DNA of 64,000 nt, from the NCBI GenBank assembly GCA_976551045.1, contig CDPCPM010000005.1:3720001-3784000 (forward strand), written 5' to 3'. The position numbers and the translations under genes are program-made. The notes under the pieces are model-generated. The model was not told the DNA's origin, did not search any database, and worked only from the letters and a program-made list of their open reading frames with translations. Shown piece by piece: positions 12,030 through 22,750 of this stretch. How positions within the stretch are numbered: position 1 is the stretch's first letter; every line of letters starts with the position of its first letter. The stretch comes from Glaucostegus cemiculus. Its lineage: Eukaryota.

Positions 12030-12700
12030 AACTCAGGGTACCAAAGCACTTGAATAAGGTGCCACTTGTTGGACTTGTCATCAGAATTGACGCCTGAGGA
12101 ATAAAAGGTTCAGTAACAGAATGGACAAGAGATTGGCAAAGCAACAGGAAAGGGAGTGAAAGATACTTTTGTACTGTAGGGAAGTGTACAGTGGGATTCC
12201 CCAATACTCAGACCACTGCTTTTTGTAATATAGACTTGGGTGTACAGGACACAATTCCCAAATTTGCAGATAAAAAGCCTGGACCTATAATGAACTATAA
12301 GAAGATTGGTAGTAAACTCCAAGGAAATATAGACAGGCTGGAGGAATGGGTGCACAGGAAACTGCAGATGTTGGAGTCTGGAGCAACACACAAGATGCTG
12401 GAAGAATACAGTGGGTCAGGCAGCACCTGTGGAGGGAAATGGATTGCCAACATTTTGGGTTGAGACCCTTCATCTGGACCCAAAACATCAACTGTCTATT
12501 TCCCTCCACAGATGTTGCCTGACCCACTGAATTCCTCTAGCACCTTGTGTGTTGCTGGTGGAATGGGTGGATGGGTATCTGATAAAATTTAACACTGAGA
12601 AATGTTTTGGGAGGAAGAATGGGAAGAGGCAAAATAAACCAGAGGGAACCGTTCTAAAAGGGGTATTAGAACAGAGAGATCTGGGGTTCGTAGAGTTGTA
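12030..12700 (+). mobile_element. Old CR1 RT fragment interrupted by a Penelope-like inverted repeat
   Basis: Decayed IPKFADKK, LQGNIDRLEEW and IKFNTEKC motifs on both sides of the 12357-12556 insertion. Confidence 0.65.
12357..12556. mobile_element. Penelope-like pseudo-LTR pair in inverted orientation (hairpin of about 200 bp)
   Basis: gcaacacacaagatgctggaagaatacagtgggtcaggcagcacctgtggagggaaat followed by its reverse complement atttccctccacagatgttgcctgacccactgaattcctctagcaccttgtgtgttgc. Confidence 0.75.
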
Positions 12701-12849
12701 CCTCATGGACCACACGAGCTCCACATGCACCCATAAATCAGCTTTCTCATTAGAGCGAGTTACACGCAGGACTCAGGTATTGCCAACCAATGGCTGTACA
12801 CTACCTGCTGATTTCCATCTTCTTCAAGTCCTGTCCTCGTTGGCTGTCA

Positions 12850-13205
12850 GTCATGGCTCAGTTGGCGACTTCTATTTCTATCAGAAGGTTATGGATTCAA
12901 GTGCCACTCAAGGTACTTGAGCACAAAAATCTAGGCCAATACACCAGTGAAGAAGTGAACCAAGGTTCAGCTTCCCTATTAAACTGATGTTAAACATTCT
13001 CATAATGGCTTTTATTTTGAAGAGCAAGGGAGATATTTCTATTGTTCATGATCAAAATTTATACTGCAACCAACTTCCCTAAAATAAAACACTTAGTCAT
13101 TATTACAATGCCCTTTCAGAATCATGAGGTTAACACATTAAATGCTGTGTTTACTTAGTTATAGTATTGACTACAGTTCAAAACCATTTTGTTGGCTATA
13201 AAACG
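12850..13205 (+). mobile_element. Old Deu-domain SINE (SacSINE1-like)
   Basis: tRNA-like head (ggctcagttgg..ggattcaagtgccactc), cttgagcacaaaaatctaggc, and Deu-like core ttttgaagagcaaggg..atttatactgcaaccaac..gtcattattacaatg. Confidence 0.6.
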
Positions 13206-13539
13206 GTGGATATTAGAAGTCATGGAGTCACGCAGCACAGAAAAATACCCTTCAGCCACAGGACCCTGCTGTCTATCAAGCACCCATTCACACTATCCTA
13301 TACTATTCTCCCAACATTCCCATAAACTCCCCCCAGATTCTACCACTCACCTACACGCTGAGGGCAATTTACAGCTGCCAATTCACATATTAACTCAAGT
13401 CTTTGGGATATAGGAGGTAACTAGAGTACCTGAAGGAAATCCACACCAGCACAGAGAGAAATTTCAAACTCCATGCAGACTGCACCAGAGGTCAGGATTG
13501 AATCCATGTCTCTGATGCTCTGAGCCAGCAGCTCTACTA

Positions 13540-14115
13540 GAGAAACAAAGGACTGCAGATGCTGGAATATAGATGAAAAAAACACTAAAAGTGCTGGAGG
13601 AACTCAGCAGGCCAAGCAGCATCCATGGAGAAAAGCAGGCAGTCAACATTTCAGGTCAAGACCCTTCTTCAGGACTGAAGATAGGAAAAGGGGAAGCCCA
13701 ATATATAGGAGGAAAAAGCAGAACAGTGATGGATGGACAGAAGAGGGGAGGCAGGGTGGGCACAAGGTGGTGATAGGTAGATGTAGGTAAGAGATAGTGA
13801 TAGGCAGGTGCAGGGGAGGAGGGGAGAGCAGATCCACCAGGGGATGGGTCAAAGGTGAGGAGAGAAAGGAGAAGAAAAAGGTAGTAAAGAAGAGGCTAGG
13901 AATGGGAAGAGAAGAAGCAGGTTGGGGGGTTGTGGGAAAGTTGGGTGGGGATAACCTGAAGTGGGAGAATTCAATGTTCAAGTCGAGGAGCTGGAGAGCA
14001 GGGGAAATCACAGAGGTGGAGCTGTGAGAGAGGGACTCAGAAGCTCCTGCTGAAGAGAGGGAGAAACCTTCTTCAAAGTGGGCATCCTTGAAAAGACTTT
14101 GCAGTGGAGCAGTAA
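13540..14115 (-). mobile_element. Penelope-like retroelement fragment (ORF end plus pseudo-LTR)
   Basis: Minus-strand LNIEFSHFR resembles the C-terminal GLN(I)E(F) end of PLE GIY-YIG endonucleases; followed by a pyrimidine-rich tract and the terminal ccagcatctgcagtcc motif. Confidence 0.75.
13640..13677 (-). ncRNA. Minimal type I hammerhead ribozyme motif in a Penelope pseudo-LTR (activity untested)
   Basis: CAGUC-CUGAAGA-A-GGGUCUUGACCU-GAAA-UGUU-GACUG: stem I CAGUC/GACUG, core CUGANGA and GAAA, stem II hairpin, loop-less stem III, NUH triplet GUU. Confidence 0.65.
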
Positions 14116-15429
14116 TACAACTCTCCCAGCTGCACTACTGTGCCACCCAAAGTATTACTTAACTGCACATTTTTACCTTTCTTTGTTAATAAAGAAAATA
14201 AAAAGCAGCACCACTTTATGTTAATTAAATGTATGAACTATGCCTTTAAACAAAATCAATGCTGATATAAAAGGAAAATCCTGGAAATCTGAAATTATAG
14301 CTGCCTTTTAAGAGATGGAAGCAATGAGCCATTGGGGCATCCCCTTACAGAGAGAATGACCCAGAATTATTCCCAAAATCACAAAACCTCCCATAAATTA
14401 CTGGAATATGTGCATCAGGTCAATGGGCAGTGATTAGTTACTTGACCGAAGGTTGGGTATGTTGGTGGTGGATGCTGGGGTGAAGGGTGCTGGGTATTGT
14501 ATTAAGCATTGGAAATCCCTTAGGTTGAGGACAGTTCTTCTATGTCAATAATTGTGAGTTTCCTCTTTACATTTTCTTTGCATTGTTATAAGATTTGAAA
14601 AGACCTATAGATAAAGATCTTTCACATTCACCAGATTCTCTCTTTCCCACAAAAGTTATATTTTGTGGGTTGTAGTAATGTATTACAGCAGAATTAATTC
14701 ATTACATTTAGTAATGTTACAGTTTAGTTCTTCTAGTTATGCAGTTGTAACAATTCTTCATATCTTTGACTAGTGCTTTTCCCAAAAGCCACATTATCAC
14801 TATTGAACTTCAAGGACAAATAGTGAAACTGCAAAAAAAAAAGTGCAATCTGGTTTAAAAAAAATTCATTGGTAGATCATCTGCCTTTGCATTAAAAATG
14901 AACATCAATTCCTACACACACTTATTTCCTACACTTATCTCTGAAAACATACATGCACACATAATGACACACAATTGAAATTTTTGAAGAGGAAACTAAG
15001 TGAGTCAATGGATATGGTAGTCTATATGGACTTCAGTCAGGCCTTTGACAAGGCCCAAAAGGTTAAGCGCTCATGGTAAATTGGATCTGCAATTGGCTTG
15101 GTGATAGGAGACAGGGATTGACACTGGGATCTTTTCTGTCTGGATGTGATTGTAAGAGGTAAAGTTGGTAAGTTTGCAGATGGCATGAAAATTGATGGTA
15201 TTGATGAAAGTGAGGAGGGTAGTCTTTCAATACCGAATGATATTGATGAGTTGGTAAGATAGACAGAGCAATGCAGATGGAATTTAATTCTGAAAAATGT
15301 GAGGAGATGCATTTTGGAGAAATAGTAAGGCTAGAATATGCACAATAAATGCTAGGATCCTAAGTAGTATTGAGGAACAGAAGGACTTTGGGTACAAAGC
15401 CAAGGATCCCTGAAGGCAGTAGCACAGGT

Positions 15430-15785
15430 CAAAGTTAAAAGTTAAAAGTCAAAGTTGAGTTTATTGTCATATGCACAAGTACATGTATGCACAGGTGGAA
15501 TGAAAAACTTACTTGCATCACAGGTACATAACATTAGAAACACAATAATCACAAGAAAAACAAAGTAAACATAAATTATACAAAATTATACAAGGAGGAA
15601 TACAATTAGAACAACAAAAACAAAGTCTGTTGTAGTGCAAGTGCTCAAAGTGGTCATAGTGTTGCTATACTGAGGTAGTGATTAGGGTTCTGCAGGTTGG
15701 TTCAAGAACCGAAATTGTTGGAGGAAGTAGCTTCTCTTCAACCTGGTGCTGTGGGACTTCTGCACCGCCTGCCTGATGGTAGATG
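15430..15785 (-). mobile_element. Rex1/Babar-type 3' fragment
   Basis: Minus strand LPSGRR..TRLKRSYF..FLN, then a 3' UTR ending atgacaataaactcaactttgactt. Confidence 0.7.
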
Positions 15786-15789
15786 AGGT

Positions 15790-16078
15790 AAGATATAAGA
15801 TATTTATTTATTAGTCACATGTACATTGAAACTTAAAGTGAAATGCGTCTTTTTGCATTACTGAGAATGTGCTGGGGGCAGTCTACAAGTGTCGCCACTC
15901 TTCCGGCACCAACATAGCGTGCCCACAGCTCCTAACCTGTACGTCTTTGGAATGTGGGAGGAAACCAGAGCACCCGGAGGAGATCCACACAGACACACGG
16001 GGAGAACGTACAAACTCCTTACAGACAGTGGCACTGTAAAAGCGTTACGCTAACCACTACACTACCGTGCCACCCGTA
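15790..16078 (-). mobile_element. tRNA-derived V-SINE (tail type A)
   Basis: Head gggtggcacggtagtgtagtggttagcgtaacgc, V-domain gtttgtacgttctccccgtg..ttcctcccacattccaaagacg, tail atgtacatgtgactaataaa; same family as 51592-51882. Confidence 0.85.
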
Positions 16079-16779
16079 GTTAAGCAGGTATTCAGTATTC
16101 TTTTCTTATTAGCTAGGACATAGAGTATGTGAGCAGGAAGGTTAAGGTACAATCATATCAAACATTACTTGGGTCACAACTGGAATACTGAGAGCAGTTC
16201 TGGTCACCACTCTACAGGAAGGATGTGATTGGACTGGAGAGGGTGCAGAGGAAACTCACCAAGATGCTGCCTGAGACAGAGCATTTCATCCACGAGGAGG
16301 AACTAAATAGGTTGGGTTTGTTTTCCTTTGACAAGAGAAGGCTGAGGGATGAACTGATTAAGGTATACAAAATTATGGAGGTATAGATAGGGCTGACAGT
16401 GAGGAACCTTTCCCTTGAGCAGAGGTGTTTATAACCAGAGGGTGTGGATTTAAGGTAAAGCGTGGGAAACTTTAAAGGGATTTGAGCGGATTTTCCACGC
16501 CCTTCAGAAGGTGATTTAAATCTGGAACGCACTGGCTGAGAGGGTAGTAGAGGCAGCTACTCCATAATATTTAAGAACCATTTACATTCAGAAAAGTGCA
16601 TTATATCTGTGGTTGGTAAAAAAAGAGTCAGATTTCTTTGAGTACTTTCAGCAGCCATATAAAAGTCAGGGTGGTGCCAGATATTTTGCCACTCTCCTTC
16701 CCTTGGAAAATACATGTCTTAAACTGGGTCTGACTTGAGAAGATGTACCCAGGTCAGCCACATGCCATAGAAGTTGGAC

Positions 16780-17445
16780 TAAGGAACGCAAACACCCATC
16801 CCTCAGTTATGAAAACTTTCTACAGAGGGACCATTGAGAGCATCTTAACCCAATGTATCACTGTTTGGTTTGGAAGCTGCTCAGCTGCTGGGCGGAAGTC
16901 CCTCCAGAGGATAGTTAGGGCTGCGGAGAGGATCATAGGTGTCTCGCTTCCATCCATCGCAGACATATACAAGGACCGTTGTGTCAGGAAGACCAAAAAT
17001 ATAATGGCGGATCCTTCTCACCCCTCCCATCATCTCTTTACAATTTTGCCATCTGGGAGGAGGCTCAAATGTATCAGGGCGAGAACGACCAGGCTGAGCA
17101 ATAGCTTCTTTCCGCAAGCCATCAGAACTGCGAACTCTCTCATTCCTCCATCTTCCTTGTTAACACTAAGAGATGCTAGGTGCACAGAAATGCACCAGCA
17201 CTTTAAATGCCCGCCACCAGCCCGTTCACTTTAATAACTATTTATTTAATTACCGGCTGTATTTAATTTAACCTGCCGTATTTAATTTAAACTTCCGTAG
17301 TTTTTAATGTTTTTTTTGTTCAGTGTGTCTGTGTGTCTCTGCTGTTTGTTATTTAATGGGACGAGCACCTGAGGAGGACGGTATCTCGCTCCTATGCATA
17401 CTATGTATGTATATGGTTGTGACAATAAAACTGATTATGATTCTG
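16780..17445 (+). mobile_element. Young Rex1/Babar LINE 3' fragment
   Basis: Open frame TFYRGTIESILTQCITVWFG..DPSHPSHHLFTILPSGRR..TRLSNSFFPQAIR; tail gtgacaataaaactgattatgattctga; nearly identical to 56635-57282. Confidence 0.9.
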
Positions 17446-17902
17446 AAAGAAGAAAAAGTCTTCAGATTTTTTGTTCTTGCAATTTCATCAAGTTAACAGA
17501 GGTGGCACCAGAGGGCTTCCACAGCTGAATGTTTCTCTCCTCAGGCCACAGTTTACCTTATGAAATAGTATTCTGCAGAGAATGCACAACTTTAAATTGG
17601 GTACCTTCTGAGAAGTCCTGGAAGTGACCGTACCAAGAACACTTGATGTGGATTATCCCCGATATCCCACTCAGGGTAATCTAGTCAAGGTCTAAATATA
17701 TGGGAAAGGAACTTCCAAGAAAGATGCAAGAAATGTAGAAGCATACAAGATAAAACTCAGTTGGAGGACAGGCCTGCAAATTTTCAGTATTCCTTTTCTA
17801 TGTTTAAGGATTTCTTAATCAACCAATTGTATTTTTTTTAATTGAGGGAAAACTGAAAATAGTTACATAGAAGCATACAACGGTGTTAAAGTAAATGAGG
17901 AC

Positions 17903-18058
17903 ACAAGAGACTGCAGGTGCTGAAATCTGCAGCAAGAAACAAGCCTCTGGAGGAACTCAGTGGGTCCTGATTCAGGGTCTTGACATGAAACGCCAACAAT
18001 CCCTTTACCTCCTCAGATGCTGCCTGACCCACTGAGTTCCTCCAGCAGCTTGTTTATT
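17903..18058. mobile_element. Penelope-like inverted pseudo-LTR pair
   Basis: ctggaggaactcagtgggtc and gacccactgagttcctccag flank a decayed hammerhead-like core. Confidence 0.7.
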
Positions 18059-18064
18059 GAGAGT

Positions 18065-18345
18065 AAATGAAGTATGGGTTGCAAGGGATGGAGAAAGTGA
18101 GGTGAAGGGTGAGTGGAGCAGTGTGTGAGTGGGGCCTGGAGTGATCAGGGCAGTGGTGGTGAATGAGGTGGAGGGCAAACAAGGCGGAATGAATATAGTG
18201 GGCTGTGAATGGAGCAATGATGGTGAACAGGACAGGATATAACCGAGGGGAAGGGTGTATACTGCATGTAGTGCAGGGAGCAGAGAGTGTGTTGGGCATG
18301 TGTGAACAGGGTTGGGGAGTGAATGGAGCAATTTATGAATAGGTT
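18065..18345. repeat. Degenerate purine-rich minisatellite-like tract
   Basis: Recurring gtgaatggagca / gagtggagcagtg / gtgaacagg units; unit length not well defined. Confidence 0.45.
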
Positions 18346-18389
18346 GGATTTCTAGCATCTTGAGAACTCTATATAACCCTCGACTTCTG

Positions 18390-18750
18390 TACTGATCTTT
18401 CTCAGCTTTGAATATATTGATTCCACAGTTTCCTAAGGCAAGAAATGCCAAAGCCTCACAATTCTTTGAGAGAAGAAATCCTTTCTCATCTCAGTCTTAA
18501 ATAGGTGCCCCCTTAGTCTGAGACTGTCTCCTCTGGTTCCAAATCTCCCACATTTACCCTGACAAGCCCCTAAAAATCTTATGTATTTCAATAATTTACC
18601 TCTCATTCTTCAAAATTCCAATGAGTGCAGATCAGACCTTCTCAATCTTTCCACTGTAAGCCAGTCCCCTCTGTATCCAGGTTCATCGTAGTGAACCTTC
18701 TCCGAGCTGCTTCCAGTGACCCTTTATGACCAAAATTTAGACCATATTCT
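18390..18750 (-). mobile_element. Old CR1 3' fragment
   Basis: gagagaagaaatcctttctcatctcagtcttaaat..cctctcattcttcaaaattccaatgagt matches minus-strand CR1 3' ends such as 52780-52960. Confidence 0.6.
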
Positions 18751-19179
18751 AGATGAAAATCAAAAAACTACAGATGCTGGAAATTTGGAACAAAAACTGA
18801 AATTGTTGTAAACACCCAACAGATCAGGTCAGAACTGGGAAAGAGAAAAAAAATTAGTTTCACGTAGGGTGGATGGGCAGAACCGAGGAATATATCTGAT
18901 AGAGTGAGTCAAAATGAGTTAATGGAGACAGTTACAAGCACATTAATGAAGACACAAGAGACTGCAGATGCTGGAATCTGGAGCAACAAACAATCTGCTG
19001 GAGGAAGCACATCATGCTTCTTTGTCTGTGTAATGTGCTGTTAATAGTGACGCCAGACTATAAAGCATTAAAAGAAACGGAGGCAAAATGATAAAAAATA
19101 CTGTCAATTTCCATCTGTTAAATTAAGAGTCATATCAAAAACAATAATTCAAAATTATGTAATGCTTTTAACATAGTAA

Positions 19180-20190
19180 AACTGGCTTCAATAGAGGACT
19201 ATTAAATAGGGCAGATGACGACCTAAGAGTTGGCTGTTAAAGAGCTTCATGAAAGGAGGGGTATTTGAGAAGCAGTGAGGTTAAGGAAGACAATACCAAA
19301 GATCAGGGCCTTGGGAGATGAAGGCAAAACCATCAGGTTGAGCTAATGGAATCAGAGAGGCCTGAATTGGAGGAACATAGATAGCTTAGAGCAGGGTTGT
19401 ATGACTGGAAGAGATTACAACATAGGGCTGGTGAGTTGGTGGGGGTGATGTCAAGGAGGGATTTTAAATTAAGGGAAAGAATTTGAAAGCTCATGGAATT
19501 TTTTATTTATTGGAAGCCAATGTAAGTGATCCAGTACAGGAGTCATGGGCAAATAGGACTGGCCATGTATTAAAAGAGCTCATGTTTATGGAAAGTAGAA
19601 TGAGGAAGACTGGCCAAGAATGAACTGATGTAGTCATCTGGAGGCACAAAGAAAGCACGGATGAGGTTCCAGCACTAGATGATCTGAGGCAGGGTCAGAT
19701 CAAACATCGGCAAAGTGGAAACAGGAAATCTTGGTGATAGCACATCTATGTGCTCGGAACAAATTCAGAAATATGATACCAAAAGTTACAAACAGTTTGG
19801 TTCAGCTTCCAACAGTTGGGGATGAGTGAAGGTTGTAGGCCCAGTTCTTCCAATATTCAGCCGCTCATTCCGTATCGGATGCTGGACGAGCATGTGGAAG
19901 GTTTGAAAGTGGTGGTCAAATTGAGCTGGGTGTTGTTAGCATGTGTGTGAAAACTGATACTGTTTCTTTCATTTTTGGATAATGTAGCTGAAGGTCACGG
20001 AAACAGGAAGGGGCTGGCACAAAGCTTTTGGGGGACAAAGGTAACAGTGCGGATAAAGTTTCAGAAACTGTTGTACGTGATTCTCTGGCTACAACAGGAT
20101 AATTAAGAACAGGATCAAGCCAAAGTAAACTCAAAGTCTAGAATGGTTGGAGGAGGATGGTGTGGTCACACAACAACAAGGACATTCGTG
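19180..20190 (-). mobile_element. Old L2-type LINE fragment
   Basis: Degenerate purine-rich pattern shared with 3500-3870, 25260-25450 and 32170-32340; gctgggtgttgttagcatg is a decayed reverse complement of YADDTQL. Confidence 0.55.
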
Positions 20191-21149
20191 AAGGATGCAC
20201 TTAGTGACTGATCAGAGTTGTTATGGGGCAGGAAGGAAAACTGATAGCCCTGCGTTGCTGTATATTTACACCCAGCAAAAATAAGAACAGGCCAAAGTAG
20301 AAATGAGACTCTGTGCTTCTCAATAGCAATCCTACTAACAACTCTATGCTATTCATCACAAAGGATAAACAAAACTCCTTAATAACCTTTCAGGCAAAAT
20401 AGAAATTTGTTATCCAAACTAGCTAATGTTCCATGCAAATCACTATTATTAAGGATAAGAAGGCTCAAAGTCAGTTCAAACTTTTATATTACATGGATTA
20501 TTGTTCCTAATTAAGCGATATATTGTTTTATTGATTTACAAGTTGTGTAAAGAAAAGCTTGCTCTGGTATACAATAAATGTCATAGATGTGCAAATTAAC
20601 ACTATTGTTATTTCACTATTTAAAGGTCTGGTTGTAAAGACGGTGGATCAGTCACATTTACATCAATCTCCTACAGCTCACCATGAAGACATTACCATTT
20701 TCAATTTTAGATGTAAAAGGAGGTAAAAATCTCTTCTTGTGCCAACAGGACATGTGGTACAGCTGTGCAGAAATGCAAAGCAATAGATTTGCCAAATGCT
20801 TTCCCAAGGATCCAATAAAAGATAAATCAACATGAAATGTCAAAGTTTCTCTCTCCACACTTCCCACAATTCCAACATTGGTTTTGATTTATGATTTCCC
20901 CAGGGATTTTCTTCCATGAAATTGTGCTCAGTAGTGGTGCTTATAGCTAGTAACACTAGAACAAGAGAAGGGCATTTAGCCCTTTGAGTCTATTCCACAA
21001 TGCAATCTGCATGGAGCTCAGCAGAACTGCTCACTTCTGTGTGAATGCCATCGCAACATTCACAAGCGATCAAGCACCCAGTGTGGGGGAGAATGTAGAT
21101 TTGATCACCTGTTGCACCACTTCACACCCCTGCATATCGGGATAGAAGC

Positions 21150-21285
21150 TATCTTTGAGCCCGGTGCTGTTTTCAAGCTTTTGTATCTTCTGCCTGATGG
21201 AAGAGAGAAGAGAGAAGACAGAATGACAGGGGTAGGAGTGGTCTTTGATGATGTTGGCTGCTTTCCCGAGGCAGCGGGAAGTATA
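21150..21285 (-). mobile_element. Rex1/Babar fragment
   Basis: YTSRCLGKAANIIKDHSYPCHSVFSLLSS..GLKDSFYP. Confidence 0.75.
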
Positions 21286-22194
21286 TTCAGTGACTTTTGG
21301 TTGCTGTAATTTGTTGGGAGTCAAAGGCTTTTTGAGGTCAGTAAAGGCTTGTATAGTGGTTGATGCTTCTCCTTCCACTCATCATCACACTATGAAGATC
21401 AAGTGTGCCTTTAGGTGGACAGAATCTACACTGTGATTTCGTGAACAGCTCTTCAGTCATAGGGAAACAATGAACACTCCTACCTGTTTCCTATCCTGAA
21501 GGCTAACCTGCAGATACACCCCTGTGTGGTGGCAGGTCCATTTGCAATGTACTCAATGTAGTCTGATCACATGAGACTGACCCAGCTCTCCCAATATTTC
21601 CAAATGTCCCTGACATTCTAAATAAATAAAACTATAAATAAAAATCACATCACTCAAACACTTAAAACTCTTTTAAACAATTAAAAATATTATGACAGAC
21701 ACAAATAATTATAAAGTACCTAACTTACCTCATTCTTCCTTACAGCTGTACCATCTCCATTAAACCGTCAGGACACAGGCAGAAACCCCAGCGCAAGTCC
21801 TGGGGAATCCAGCAGCAGCTCCGAGTCCCACTGTCTGACCACGCAGACTCCAGTGGTGGAGCACACCCGGGCCGTCGATGGCAGAGCTCAGTCAACAAGT
21901 TCGCACAGGAGGCCGGAACACACTGGCACTTGCAAAGAAGCGATTGCTGTGACTTTGCTGCATCGTGAGTAAGTTCTACCCTTGGAAATCCAGAAAGGAA
22001 TTCAAGAGAATCCCCTTTTTCAGAGAGTGGTGAGACTTTGGATGGAGCTTGCTGCACCATGAAGGTGAATTCCATGGATTTAAAGGGATTAATGGAGAGA
22101 ACTGAGGAGGAGCAAGAGAAGGCATGCACCACCTGTGCTGCAAGTCCTATGAAATTATAATGAGGAATGGTCTTGCCAACAGATGAGTGTTGGG

Positions 22195-22750
22195 ATTCAG
22201 TGGTGAAAGCACACTTGGAGTAACATGTGCAGTTCTGGTCATCTATCTAGAGGAAAGAAGCCATTAAGCTGGAAAGAGTGCAGAAAAGATTCACAAGGAT
22301 GTTACCAGGACTGGAGGGCTTGAGTTACAAGGAGAGGCTGGATAGACTGGGACTGTTGTCCTCCTGGGGATAAGAGGCTGAGAGTGACATCATAGGAGGA
22401 ATATAAAATCATGATGGGCACAGACAAGGTGTATAGTCACAGCCTTTTTCCTCCCAGGTATGGGAGTCTAAAACCAGACGGCATAGGCTTAAGGTGAGAA
22501 AGGAAAGATTATAAAGGGATCTGAGAGTAAACTTTTTCCACACAGAGGGTGGTGGTTATATGGAACAAGCTGCCAGACGAAGTGGTGGGGGTGGAAAATA
22601 CAATGTTTACAAGACATTTAGACCAGGTCATGAATACAAAAGGTTTAGAGGAACATGGGCCAAATGCAGATAAAATAGAACTAGTTTGGGTAGATAACTT
22701 CGGATGTGTTGTCCCGGAAAGTCCTGTTTCCCTGCTGTAGAACTATGAAG
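22195..22750 (+). mobile_element. CR1 3' fragment
   Basis: HLE*HVQFWS..KLERVQKRFTRMLPGLEGLSYKERLDRLGL..WNKLPDEVV. Confidence 0.85.

Larger units (their letters stand above)
13205..14150 (-). mobile_element. V-SINE-type element split by a Penelope insertion
   Basis: Body at 13205-13538 (V-domain and CR1-like tail); the first ~30 nt of the tRNA head (gggtggcacagtagtgcagctg on minus) resume at 14120-14150. Confidence 0.7.
14985..16590 (+). mobile_element. Old CR1 RT and 3' fragment hosting two nested insertions
   Basis: VVYMDFSQAFDK, KVGKFADGMK and QMEFN at 14985-15425; continues at 16080-16590 with QFWSPLYRKDVIGLERVQRK. Confidence 0.8.

Noticed and set aside
18065-18345. CRISPR-like or coding repeat array
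   Set aside because: Degenerate low-complexity units without a fixed repeat-spacer period, in eukaryotic DNA.
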